A DNA stretch of 64,000 bases from assembly GCA_051599415.1 (NCBI GenBank), contig AP039690.1, positions 496,001-560,000 of the forward strand, written 5' to 3'. This DNA is from Savitreella phatthalungensis (taxonomy: Eukaryota). This document shows, piece after piece, positions 1 through 11,707 of this stretch. A program made the translations under genes and the position numbers. The notes under the pieces are model-generated. The model had not been told where the DNA came from. It saw nothing but the letters and a program-made list of their open reading frames with translations, and did no database searches. Numbering within the stretch: position 1 is the stretch's first letter; each line of letters begins with the position of its first letter.

Positions 1-371
1 TAGACTCTACCACATGTCGCGCGCTAGACATTCATGCTCGTGACGCTCTTTTGAAACGTCACGCATTCCGTAAACTTCGTCCACCCTGCCCTCGCCTGCG
101 CAGTATCCGGCACATCCGCCCCACGCAACGTCTAAAGACCTTGCTCACTCTTCCACGCAGAGGGACTCAAACGGCGCACACAGACACACAGAGACAAAAG
201 CCTTGCGACGACGATTGCGACACACGCCCAACCTCGACACTTGGGTCTCAGACGCTCTAACCATTACAATCACAGTGTTCTCCCGACACTGATCTCCCAG
301 CCCTCGTTGCCTTACCTGCAAAGCTCTCGAACACGCCCGCAGATAGATAAGGAGGAGGGGATTAGGACAAC

Positions 372-2375
372 ATGATGGAGATCACCTTCATCACAATGCA
401 CGACCTGCAGCCGGCCTGCAAGATCCTCTATGCATCGGCCTCCATCACAGACGTCCTAGGCTACCAGCCAGAGAACGTCATCGGTCAGAGCACCTTTGAC
501 TATTTCCACCCGGACGACCTACCCATGGCACTCCACCAGCACCGCGATTACGTCGAGCTTGACAGAGCTTCCGTCCTCTCATACGTCCGTGTCCGTAACA
601 GCGACGGAGAATGGATGTCATGCGAGTGTGTATTCAGCATCGCCTACGACGTCATCGTCGCCGCCACGACCATCTACGACCGGGATTCCGAGCGCAGTCA
701 GGGTAGGGCACTTGCCGTGCCGGTCGTCCAGGCCGCCTTCTCTAAGGACACCTACGAGATCACGCCGCCAGACGATGACCCGGCCACGGCAGACAAGAAC
801 GACTCCTCCGTCCGGACACGAGCGCGCGCAGACGCAGACGCACAAGACCGGGATCCAAAGTACGAGATGTTTGCTCACATGTCCAGTCGTTTCACCGAAC
901 CGAACACGCTCGCCCGCGGAAGCGACTCTGCAGGTAGCGCCGATGAGCCAGAACCCCGAGCGTGTTTCATCCTCAATCGCTACACCCACAACATGACCAT
1001 CATGTACGCCTCGCAGGCAGCTCAGGAGGTCCTCGGGATTGACCCACATGCCGTTGTCGGAAAGTCGTTCTGGGAGTGCGTCGACAGGCCTGCACTCGAC
1101 GGCTGTATCGATGCGATCGACCGTGCGAAGCAGAACGACTCTGTCGCCTACATGCGCTTTGGCTGGCGCAACCCGTTCAACCCTGGAAGCACATCGGGCG
1201 CAGCACAGGTCGACAGCCCTGTAGACACACCGGAAGATTCTCACTCAGGTTCAGACTCCCCGAGCGTTCTCTCGACCGTCCTGTCAGGCGGCATGTCAGC
1301 CGTTGCAGCTGCAGCCGCTGCAGCAGCCGGTACGCAGACTTCTGCACACAGTTCTCGCCGGGCGGCCTCGACCCTGTCCCGCAGTACGCGCGAAGAGAGC
1401 ACACCGAGCAGTACAAGCCGTGAGGATGTGCCACAGCTCGACGTCGAGGGCATCCTGAGTTGCTCGTCCGATGGACTCATCCTCGTGCTCCGTCGAGCAT
1501 CACCCTTCCGTACAGCCGCCCCATCCACAGGACTGTTTGCCGTTCCTTGGTCGACTATACCGTTGTACGCGCCACCACCATCGACCGATTCTGCACAGTC
1601 AGAAATGATGGACTCGATCCAGCAGGTCGGTGTCTTCGTCTGGGGTCTCGCGACCAACGACGAAGTCGTGCGTCTGCATGCACGTGGAACCCCTGGAGAA
1701 GGCGCGGTCCCGTCCCAGCCTGCGTCCTCATCATCAGGTACTCAGGTACCAGGCGACAGAAGTCGTCCAAATTCGTCTCGTCTTGCACCGCGGCGCGCCG
1801 TCGCACAGGCCAGACCACTTTCTGCGGAGGCACTCGCACGAGGTGATCTGTCGGCGGCGGTGGCCCAGCAGCTCGAGGCCGCCGCCGCATCCTCCGCTTA
1901 CCTCGCCCGCCCACCCCGGCGTGAACAACCACGTCCGTCCTCCCGCCCTTCCACCTCCGGCAGCCGTCCTCGGCCAGGGGCAGCAGAAGTGATCTCAATC
2001 GACAGCTCAGCGCATTCGCACGACAGCGATATCCCCATGTCGGACCCTCCACAACCCCATTCCTCCACGGGACCAGCACATCCGGCCGTTGCCCACATTG
2101 CCTCCTCTGCTCGACCTGTACTGGTGGACACCGATCTGGACATGACTGACGAGGTTTCTGGTGCCGGTGCAGGTTCCGGTCTCCCCTCTGGCTCATCCGG
2201 CACTGGTCTGGACGGTGTCGATCGCAGGACCATAACCCACCTGACCTCTGCCGTCTCCACAGACCCACCAACGACCGCAGGTAGCGCCTCCGCCGTCATC
2301 AACCCATCCCCACGTCGCGTACACTACCACCACGATGGCGACGACGACGATGTCATCTCGATTGATTCTGATTGA
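372..2375 (+). CDS. PAS-domain protein (two PAS-like folds, long disordered C-terminus)
   Basis: 667-aa ORF; N-terminal PAS signature (ILYASASITDVLGYQPENVIGQSTFDYFHPDD) and a second PAS-like segment (IMYASQAAQEVLGIDPHAVVGKSFWECV); no recognisable output domain. Confidence 0.8.
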   Translation: MMEITFITMHDLQPACKILYASASITDVLGYQPENVIGQSTFDYFHPDDLPMALHQHRDYVELDRASVLSYVRVRNSDGEWMSCECVFSIAYDVIVAATTIYDRDSERSQGRALAVPVVQAAFSKDTYEITPPDDDPATADKNDSSVRTRARADADAQDRDPKYEMFAHMSSRFTEPNTLARGSDSAGSADEPEPRACFILNRYTHNMTIMYASQAAQEVLGIDPHAVVGKSFWECVDRPALDGCIDAIDRAKQNDSVAYMRFGWRNPFNPGSTSGAAQVDSPVDTPEDSHSGSDSPSVLSTVLSGGMSAVAAAAAAAAGTQTSAHSSRRAASTLSRSTREESTPSSTSREDVPQLDVEGILSCSSDGLILVLRRASPFRTAAPSTGLFAVPWSTIPLYAPPPSTDSAQSEMMDSIQQVGVFVWGLATNDEVVRLHARGTPGEGAVPSQPASSSSGTQVPGDRSRPNSSRLAPRRAVAQARPLSAEALARGDLSAAVAQQLEAAAASSAYLARPPRREQPRPSSRPSTSGSRPRPGAAEVISIDSSAHSHDSDIPMSDPPQPHSSTGPAHPAVAHIASSARPVLVDTDLDMTDEVSGAGAGSGLPSGSSGTGLDGVDRRTITHLTSAVSTDPPTTAGSASAVINPSPRRVHYHHDGDDDDVISIDSD

Positions 2376-2497
2376 TTGGGCGATCAAATCACCCATATAT
2401 ACATACCGAAGCCCTCAACGCCTATCACTCTAGATCCCCAAAGTTCCTAGCCACCCCACATCAGTCTCTCTCTTCCCTAAATGACATGAATGACCGA

Positions 2498-2518
2498 TCT
2501 CTCTCTCTCTCTCTCTCC
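2498..2518. repeat. (CT)n microsatellite flanked by a duplicated AATGACATGAATGA
   Basis: Direct reading; lies in the 3' region of the PAS gene. Confidence 0.85.
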
Positions 2519-3077
2519 CATGAATGACATGAATGAACGACTTCAAGTGATCGTCCCCCGAAATGCGCCAATCGATCCTTACGGATTACTTGACTCACGG
2601 ACTACAGAGTCCCTGCCAATATGGTATCGCAGCAGCGGCCAGTAAATCCACTTCGACAGCACTCCCGACTGTCATCCACTCACTCGCTGCTTGCACTGGC
2701 TCAGTCCGATCGAGTGTGACTGGGTGGTCATCCTACGGTATTGAATCTGGACGGGACTTCCGACTGTCGTCGCGCTCTCCCACTGCTGCACTTGACTCGG
2801 TCGCCCGTGGCAGCACTGTGTATTGGTGAAGGCCGATCCACACTACGAATACGATCGGGTTGAGGCTCGTGCTATGTCAGAAAGAACAGTGGATGGTCAC
2901 TGGCTTCTGAAGACAGTATCGAAGAGATGCGTCCAACTCCGAGCTAAGAAGTAGCCGGAGTAATGTCAACGGATGATCTCGGTATATGTGGAGTTTCGTC
3001 CGGGTGGGCGTTAAAAAAAGGGATAAAAAAGCGAATGTGATATGCTAAACTTAGAGTACAGAAGGGCCAGGGTATTG

Positions 3078-5261
3078 CTACTGGACGTAGAGGACCAATT
3101 TGTCTGAGGATGCGAGGAAGGCTGTGAATGATTCAGACGAGGCGATCGGTTTGAGCTGCTGGGAGACCGGGTCTCTGTACCGGATGACGAGGTCGAGAGG
3201 AGGAGAGGTGGTGCTGCTGCCATCGAATAGGCGTGACCGCACCTTCTCACACAGCCGGTCGAATGTGATGTCGGACGGTACGCGGATAGCGATCAGGTCG
3301 TCGTCATGGAAGATCTTGATCTTGAGTTGTGTAGGTGGCGGGCCGGAAGTGGGTGGGTCGGTGGAGGGTGGGATGCGACCGGGTGGTACACCGATCGAGG
3401 TAGAGTTGGCTGATCGTAGGCCGAGGCCTTCGATGCCACGCTCTAGGCCGGTTGTCGGAAGGGCAGAAGTCAGGGCGAGTGCAGAGACGCCTGTGGATGC
3501 GCTCTGGGCGGACGATCGTGTTGCAGCAGCAGCCGCAGCAGCATTCAGTGGTGGACCAACGGCCTGGCGTGGAGGGTATGCGGAACTGCTCGCCACGCTT
3601 GAAGCGGCTCCCGACATGGCTGGGGAAGCAGCAGCGCTACCGGCGCCACTGACGCCGAGATGTGATCGCGCCTGTTGGGGCGGCTGGGGCATGAGACTGG
3701 TGGCATGAGACGACTCTACATCGCCTTCGCGAGCATCAAACAGTGAGTGGAGTAATGCGTGCCGTGTGACGTGAGCGGGTAGCTGGCAGAGCTCTTGCAC
3801 GTAGATGTCGAGATCGGCACGTCGCTGTGCGGAGATTGTGTCATCAACGTAGCTCAGGGGACCTGGCATGAATGGCAGGATGCGCTGTTCGCCAGTTCGA
3901 CCTGCCTCGACTGGAAATTCGTCAAGAAGAGCAATCTGGAAATCGTAAAAGTCTTCGTAGTATCGACACAGATTCCGATGCCGACCGTCGTTCATCTCGC
4001 ATCGAACCAGGAACCAATAACGCTGACTGTTGTCGATGAAGAACTGGTCGACGGACGCTCGAACAACGAACAAAGCCTCGCTGCGACGAGTGATGGGATC
4101 TGAGAGAGTAGAGGAAGCGTATACTGCACTGCCTCCGGCAGCGGCTCCGCCAACGCCGCCGCTCGCGCGAGACGCAGTGCTCAGAGACTGCGTGCGTGGC
4201 TGCTGAGGCTGTGTAGGGTGCTCCTCTGCAAAGTCGAATCTGCCCAAGGGTATGCTATTGTTGCGGTATTCCGCCGCTGCTTTCTTCCACTCTTCGACCT
4301 TGGGCACGACAGATTGCGCAACAAGCTCTTCCAAATTCGTCACAGCCTTGCCTGTGACCATATCACGGATCTCGATGAAGGACACGGGTATCAGGCCCGG
4401 CCCACCGAGCCTGCCGATGGGTTTGGCCACGAACCATTCGTGATTCGACTGTGCGATGATAATGATGGCCTCTCCTGCTTTCGCGTCCAGCTCATCCGGT
4501 CTTTCCGCCTCGAAGTCATACATGACAACCCCGTAAAGAGGTGAGGTATTCGTCGCGCGTTGGCCCGATCGACGCTGCTGCTGACTTGCCAGCGGCATCG
4601 TTCCGGATGTGTGTGCGTATGCAGGCGAGACTGGCGTCACAGCACTGCTGCTGGCCATGGAACTAGCACCGTCGATCGATGGTTGACCACGATGTGTGCT
4701 TACTGAGTTTTCCCGTGTCGTTCTTCCGAGTGTCTGAAAGTATGACGCAGGCACCAGACCTCGTTGATTCGTCATCGGGTTGCTCGCTTCGAACCTATTG
4801 GGACATGTGTCAGTAGAGTTGTTTCCAATGCGCAGAGGACTCTCGTGTATGCATGCTCTTCGCCCTCTTCGCTCGTTCTCCCCAGAGCCGATCGCACCTT
4901 AGATCAGGTGTGTAGATGAAACGCTAGTGCCGAGTGGCCTTGTCACGTGGTCGGACCGGATAGAGAATGGCGGAAAGAGGTAGACGGAGACAGGGAAAGG
5001 ATGTATGGACGGATGCAGGGAGTAAACTTACCAGGCAGGATCTTGCTCATTTCCGACGACGTGGAAGAAATCTCCCTTACTGAAAGAGAGCTCTCCTGGA
5101 TTCTGTGCAGAATAGTCATATAATGCCTTGATGACGGCGCGCGGCGCTTCCAAGGCGGATTTGCGTGCGCCGTTGTATGCCTGTGCTGGATGTGCTGCTA
5201 CAGGAGGTGATTTGCGATTCGGCTCATTCTTCTGTAGACTGCGGCGCAGCTTGGGCAACAT
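3078..5261 (-). CDS. scd2: Polarity scaffold Scd2/Bem1 (SH3-SH3-PX-PB1), 2 exons
   Basis: Exon 1 5261-5032 (ALYDYSAQNPGELSFSKGDFF, SH3); intron 5031-4795 (GTAAGT...CTGAC...TAG); exon 2 4794-3078 restores W-FEASNPMTNQRGLVP, second SH3 (VMYDFEAERPDEL), PX (RYYEDFYDFQIALL) and PB1 (KIKIFHDDDLIAIRV). Confidence 0.93.
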
Positions 5262-8200
5262 CTTAAGTCAAGGTGCTTAATTCAAGCCGCTTGACTATGT
5301 GCAGAGAATTGCGAACGGCTGGATATGAGTATGGATGATGTCGTGCGACCGATACGCGGGGGAGATTGTTGAGGTCGGCGCGTGTTGCCCTTAATCGATA
5401 TTCAATCTTAGAGTTCTCTGGGAGTGCAAGAGCGCGTAGTGATATGAGCAGTCAGGGGAGTCGGACGTTCGGGTAGGTGATATACGGGGACCTTTGCTGG
5501 GTAGATGATCACCGTGCGCGCGTGAATGAAGGTGAGCAGGTGAGTGAGTGATGAGTGATTGATCCTTAATAGGTCAGCCTGGATTTCCTCCCCGAGTCAG
5601 TTGACGGGGAAATAGATAAATGAATGAATGAATGATTGAATGGATGAAGCACGAGATGTGAATGTGAGTGAGAGTGATAGTATCTGTGTATATTTCTCGT
5701 GGACGTACGTGTGTTTGTGCATCCGCATCAATTGGTTGGTCGTGATTACAATAAGAGAGAAATCAATTCTAATCGATTGATCGATTGATTGACATATTGA
5801 TAGATTAATAGATTAATAGATAGATTGATTGATAGTTTGGTAGATAGATTGCATGGATGATCGAAATACTCTTACAAGTCAGATTGTCATTGCACACACT
5901 GTATAAAACAAATGCTTGGCGCGTAGACTACTATCGATTATCTCCTTGCTGACTATGAACCAGCTCCGAGACACATATAATCACCTTCATCTCTTCACCA
6001 ATCTTCCTATATATGGGTACAATGAAGTTCGAATGAATCGTGCACGGTTGATCTCGGACTCTATTTTAAAGTTCGGAAATTTCTTTTCTCTCCGAGACGC
6101 GTCAAATTTAGACGTGCATCATTTCAACTCATATCTCTCTCATATCTCTTTCTCTTTCTACTTCAATGTTCTAATGCACGCGTGCACGAACGTTGAACGG
6201 ATCAAGAGTAAGTAAGCTTCATTGCACCGATCTGATCTGACTTGATTTGATCTGACGTGAATGATGCATGAAACATGCTGTATTTCATGCGTTGCTTGGC
6301 TGCAGCTTAATGTGTCTGATGACTCTAGCTATCATACAAACTCTTTGATGGTACTCGCTATCATTACGGGTCAGTCGGGTGCGATCGCCACGAAGGTTGT
6401 CTGACAAGACCGATATAGTCACGTCGCGACCTTTGAAGGACTTCGTCTGACGGCGTTACATGACACGCTGCACTGCATACATGAATGTTTGAGCACTCCG
6501 CAACGGTTCCCAAGCCCGCTTGCCAGCGCGTGTTTAACGGGTGGGCGGCTTGAGATCTGAAAGTCAGAAGTCTGTAACACCGGACCGACGGATCATGGTC
6601 AACGTCAGCGACCTCTGGTTCCATTTCATCTGATTGCTTGCCCCAGTTGCCCACTTCATAGTCGTTCCGCTCATCTCCCCCAAAGACCCTATCCTTCCTG
6701 AGACTGACACATGCAAGCTAAAGTCGATCTCATGCGTATCTCCTGGTGTCCGGAATGTTCGTCAAAATCATGATCCAGGTCGTGTTTGTGACTGGTCGAT
6801 AGGAGCGACGAAACGCTCCCACTTGGTCGTCGGGATCAGTGTTCGCAGGGAGGACATTGAGTTGAAGCGTGCGACACTTCGCTTCATGGCCGCTGCCTGT
6901 ATCCCACTCTTTCAGCGATGATCATTCTGTACTAGTCAAGAATGAGCTTCGGATTGTGCAAAATTGCGCCACTGCAGCACACAAATTCTGAAGCACTTCG
7001 TTTGAAGTTCGACAAGGCGTGACGCGTCACGACACGAGCACTTGCTACACTGGTCTGATCGAGCTGCATGTGACCGCACGCTTGTCTCGTCGTGGACCTG
7101 TCTAGCGTCCTGTGGCGCTTCGGAGGCTGAATGCATCATCTATGCGTGACAACGTAGAAAGAGGCTTAGCGTGAAGTCGTCTCACATGTCGATCAGGCCG
7201 ATGGCCATGATGTCGGGCACGCCTGATGGATCGATGCAGCAAGTCGTGATTGTTTCAGGTGTGCTGTACATACGTCGACATGTGGCGACCGATCCAGTCC
7301 TTCTTCGGGGGTCAATTCAAGCTTTCCTCCTTAGCTCGGAGGCTAATTTTGCCGAACAACAAATTAAGCTCAAACAGGTCAGCCGGAAGTCCCGAAGTAT
7401 CACCCAGGTAGCGCGTGGTCACTCCGGCTGAATGCAACAGTCGAAACTCAATTCAAGCTTTTTAGCCTCTACAATGGCCCCGGCTATTTGACTGGCTGCT
7501 AAATTTAGGATTGAATCTTTTTCCCAAGCTAAAACAGGCCAGAATCCAAGTAGGGTCACCGAGGTCCATAACTCTCGAAAAGCTTGATTTCTCACTGCTC
7601 CACAAAAATAGTAACCTGACATTTTCAGAATGATCGTCATCGAGCAAAAGGTTAGCGTTTTGCTTACTGTCCTCGGTCAGATACCCTGTCGCTATAATTA
7701 CCATACACAGTATGCAGATCGTTGAGCAGTATTCGTTGATGGAACACGCAGGTGACGTCTGATCTTACCCATTCAGGAAAGCAAGAACACCCTTTGAGTA
7801 GTACCTTTGTGGGCCCGGTCTTCATCGTCTCAGTGAATAACCGTCGTCTCATGAAACTGGACGCGGTTAAAACACAATTCCCACACGCTGTCGACACATC
7901 GGTGTAACCCACAGCGAGTGCGGGTGCTCTCGTGACGAAGCTAGCCACGCCCAATTTCATCACATCCTCGTGGTACTATACAGATTCTGAGACGGCTAAA
8001 ACACCTTCCGGCTTCCCGACCCGCGGCATCATCCGGTGTCTACTAGATCGAACGTGGATGTCTATCTGACACCGAAGGTCGCTTCTATTGTTGGATAACT
8101 TCCTCAGTCGTGCGTCATACTGAGTCCAGCCCATTCCACCTCTTTGGATCATGTGCTGATCCTCTGACAGGTGAGAACGATTTCTCTCACCCCACATGGC

Positions 8201-8429
8201 TCGGTAAAACACACCAGACATGTGCGCCTCTCAAACAGGTCAAACGTCCTCGTGAGGCAAGATGCAGCGCGCAAGCAGTCAGCCCACCGTGCCTGTCCGT
8301 CATCTCATCCACTACTGCGCCGCATTGTCTGAATCTACCGATTGAACGTTGTTTCTATACTTGGCTTTCATGCTCATTGCCTCCATCCCTCCCTTTTCCA
8401 TGTCCCTTTCGACAAGGACCGATCTCGTC

Positions 8430-8437
8430 TATAAGAA
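8430..8437 (+). promoter_or_regulatory. TATA-like box of the secreted-protein gene
   Basis: TATAAGAA about 95 nt upstream of ATG 8525, followed by a CA-rich leader. Confidence 0.45.
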
Positions 8438-8524
8438 GGGGTCGTCCCCCTGTCTCCAAGAACATCAATCCATTCGAGTCTTCTCTCAACTCAAACAACA
8501 ACTCAATCACTCCAATAACCAAAC

Positions 8525-9115
8525 ATGTTTGCCAACATCATCGCAGCTTTCGCCGCCGCCGGCTCCATTGCCTCCGCCTCGCCCATCGCCAAGCGCGATG
8601 CAGGTGTCTCGGGACCATTCAAGCTCCAGGCTGTCTACAATGACGGTACTCCGACGGGACCGATTCAGACATACCGCATCGGCCCGGTCTACTACGGTGC
8701 GACTGCCAGCCCTGGCGTGAGCAACGACGCCGCACAGGTCTTCTACTCGAACCAGACTGATGTGAGCAACCCTCGCTCTCCTGGTGCTGTGTTCTTCAAC
8801 TTTGACGCGGGATCGACGATCGGCGCTGTCCCGCTTGCCGCTCACTTCCCTCAGCTGAGCGGCCAGGCGACGAGCCAGGTGACGTTCCGCAGTGGCAGCG
8901 ACCCGATCTACAGCAACGACCCGAACGCTGCCACCCTGATCGGCTTTGGCGACAACGACTTCGCCTTCGGCCCCTTCGGCCAGCAGAACTTCTACATCTG
9001 CCCATCGATCGACAGCAACTCCCAGCAGATCGCTACCTCGCTCTTCTGGAACTACACTCCGGAGACCGCTCCTGCCAACTGCAAGAGCGTCCTCATCCAG
9101 CGCATCGCTGCCTAA
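8525..9115 (+). CDS. Small secreted/cell-wall protein of unknown function
   Basis: 196 aa; hydrophobic signal peptide (MFANIIAAFAAAGSIASA), SPIAKR Kex2-type site, two C-terminal Cys (FYICP...NCKSV), strongly C-ending codons. Confidence 0.85.
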   Translation: MFANIIAAFAAAGSIASASPIAKRDAGVSGPFKLQAVYNDGTPTGPIQTYRIGPVYYGATASPGVSNDAAQVFYSNQTDVSNPRSPGAVFFNFDAGSTIGAVPLAAHFPQLSGQATSQVTFRSGSDPIYSNDPNAATLIGFGDNDFAFGPFGQQNFYICPSIDSNSQQIATSLFWNYTPETAPANCKSVLIQRIAA

Positions 9116-9520
9116 AAGTTCTCTACTGACGCGACACGCTAAACGCATGACCTATGACCCCCACCGCCCCAAAAATTACTACGACCTATCCCGGAAGACA
9201 CGTACGCCAATCTACGAAGAAAAACACTCAAAAGTACACAACGCAAGCAATACGATCACCATTATTACTACACTCTCACGCCGCCGAATAACACATCGTA
9301 GCTGAAGTAGATTTATTATTTCAATCACTACGAAACACTTGCTAGTCATCTGTTATGTTTGCCGTGCGCTTCCTGACAGCTGTCGACTGTTGTGACAACT
9401 TTGGACCTCGTGATCTGGGCATGTGCAGATGGGACATCTGACGAGATGGAAGACGCGGCAGTACCGCGGAAATGATCATTACTTTTTTACGTACATCAAA
9501 CACCTGGCTATGGATTCGGA

Positions 9521-11707
9521 TCATGAAGGTTGCTGGCGCTGTGCTGCCGAAGATTCCAAGAGGATGAGAAGGTACCTCCATACCTTGATGGTGAATGCTT
9601 GAGCTTCAGCTTGATCTCCTAGGGCTGCTGCTAGTTCTGCCTCGATGTCGTTGGGTGTGGGTGGTGGTTGATAGGTGGAGGAGAGGTAATTCATGATCCA
9701 GTCGATGATATCATCGTCCTCGACGCCAATCACATCCACACACAATTTCCCGATAAATCGGCGCAGTTTCGGACGCCACTCACCTAGATCAATCCGGTCC
9801 CACCGTACAGGGTGCCGGTATAGCGATGCGCGGTCGGTCGGAATCGGACCGAGTCCCGAGGGAGCGGTGTCCGTGCTCGCTCGTTCGGGATCCGCTGGTG
9901 GAGATGGAGAGCGCTCGCGCTCGTGCTCGATCTCCTGCAGGGACGAGGCACGCCGCTTTGCAGGCGTGATTCGGTCGACCTCGTCTTGTAAGGGTTGTGC
10001 GGCTTTGGCTTTGTCTTGTTGCTTTGAAAGGGTCAATTTGAGTTTTTGGGGTGCTGACTTCTGAGGATCTTGATCTGCAGATTTGAGCTCTGGCTGAACT
10101 TCGGTCTTAGGTGCAGATGCGGAAGGCGCGGTTTCTAGGGCGGCTTGTAGCTCCTGAGATTCTTCCTCGACATCGTGAGTGTCAGCGTCAAGCTCACGAG
10201 CAAGCGCCGTTTTCCGCGCCCGCTGCCAGCCCGACCGGTGCCTGTAGAAGTCGAGCTCGTCGCGATCTTCCTCGGCGTCGTCGTCAAACGTGGCTAGCAT
10301 TTGACGACGCTCTTCTTGGAGGTCTGCCTGGCGGCGTGCGAGCGAATGACGTCGGTCATCCTCACGGTCCAACGCAGTGAGACGTGCGTTTTCTCGCGCC
10401 GTCCATCGTCTCTCGGCCGACGCGAGATCCGAGTCGAGATCACGTGATCGCGCTTCGTCGTAACGCTGCCGGCGCTCTGCATGTGTGAGACCGGCCTCGG
10501 CGATCGCCTGTCTCGCCTTGTCCGGGTTCCTGCGGAGCAATTGAGATTGGTCCTCTAGGTCAGCTGCGGCTGGACCAGAGGCATGCTCACCTTGTAGCTT
10601 GGCCCGTTCAGCAGCTGCTCGCTCAGAGTCGAGTTGCGCAATTCGCTGTGCAGTCTTCAACTCCCGTTCACGTGTTCGTTTTCTGAAGTTCGAAATCTCT
10701 TCGATCACGAGCTCCCGATGTTCTTCAGGAATCTCGCCCCAGTCATCTTCGGCAATGACGGCAACGACTGTTGGATTAGCAAAGTCCGCTGCATTCCCTG
10801 TCTTCGCCTGGTCGAGAAGATTGGAGCGTGAGGAAGTGCGTCCATTATACTCGCTCACGATCCGATCAATCTCACGACGTGCCTGGCCATGGAGTGATCG
10901 CTCTCGCTGATCCGATGACTTGCGGTCGCTGCTTGCTGCTTTCGCCTTGAGCGTGTCCTCGACGTACAATCGTGTCATTTCATCGACGGTGATCAGCAGA
11001 CGGCCTGTAGCTACGTCGTCGGCGTCCTCGCTTAGGTCATCGTCGTCTTGTCGCGCGAGCTCGAGATTGTTGAATCGAGCGAGGTCAAGCGCTCGAAGGA
11101 TGTCTATTGCTCGCTGAAGGTGTTCTGGGTCATCATACTCGGCGAAACAGTAATCGTGTACTTGTCCAAGGAGGTCCTTACCACGTCGCCACGTTCGCAG
11201 CTTGCCAGCTGCACGGAGCAGTCGATCGACCCAGTCATCTGTCAGTTTCGGGGGCAGTCTAGAAATGAAGCACATTCTCAATTTCTGCTCCTTGGTCGGC
11301 AAGGTTGCTGTCAGTGTAGTGGATGAAGCGGAGACGGGCAAGAGTGAGGGTGATGCTGTGGATGCTGTGGATGGATTGTCAGCTGTCTTCTTACCGAGTA
11401 CTGCTGCAGTGGATCTATGGCTCAAAGGCGCAGGAGATGTATGTGGGACTGCGCCGGACATATCGAAGCGAATGACAGGTGCGGAGAAGTCAATGCCCGG
11501 CGGTGGAGCCATGGCCGGTGGGACGATTGTGGAGTGAGAAGTCTGCTTGTGTGAGCGTCCATCAGAGGCATTGGTAGATGCGCGGGCTTGCCCATGATGC
11601 GAGGAAGACATTGACGTTGACGTTGACGTCCCTGGTGTACCTGCATGAGGAGGTCGAGTCGGTCCACTCCTGTAGAATGTTTGCGGCATCCTTGCAGGCC
11701 TAGACAT
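9521..11707 (-). CDS. RBM25/Snu71-like U1 snRNP-associated splicing factor (RRM + charged coil + PWI)
   Basis: RRM-like CFISRLP...YCFAEY, E/R-rich coil, C-terminal PWI (IGVEDDDIIDWI...FTIKVWRYL); start placed at ATG 11707 because the ORF-track start is TTG. Confidence 0.85.
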   Translation of the reverse strand: MSRPARMPQTFYRSGPTRPPHAGTPGTSTSTSMSSSHHGQARASTNASDGRSHKQTSHSTIVPPAMAPPPGIDFSAPVIRFDMSGAVPHTSPAPLSHRSTAAVLGKKTADNPSTASTASPSLLPVSASSTTLTATLPTKEQKLRMCFISRLPPKLTDDWVDRLLRAAGKLRTWRRGKDLLGQVHDYCFAEYDDPEHLQRAIDILRALDLARFNNLELARQDDDDLSEDADDVATGRLLITVDEMTRLYVEDTLKAKAASSDRKSSDQRERSLHGQARREIDRIVSEYNGRTSSRSNLLDQAKTGNAADFANPTVVAVIAEDDWGEIPEEHRELVIEEISNFRKRTRERELKTAQRIAQLDSERAAAERAKLQGEHASGPAAADLEDQSQLLRRNPDKARQAIAEAGLTHAERRQRYDEARSRDLDSDLASAERRWTARENARLTALDREDDRRHSLARRQADLQEERRQMLATFDDDAEEDRDELDFYRHRSGWQRARKTALARELDADTHDVEEESQELQAALETAPSASAPKTEVQPELKSADQDPQKSAPQKLKLTLSKQQDKAKAAQPLQDEVDRITPAKRRASSLQEIEHERERSPSPPADPERASTDTAPSGLGPIPTDRASLYRHPVRWDRIDLGEWRPKLRRFIGKLCVDVIGVEDDDIIDWIMNYLSSTYQPPPTPNDIEAELAAALGDQAEAQAFTIKVWRYLLILLESSAAQRQQPS

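Noticed and set aside
3051..3080. scd2 stop context CAG TAG CAA TAC as a readthrough signal (extension QYPGPSVL*)
   Set aside because: Does not match CARYYA and the extension has no targeting motif
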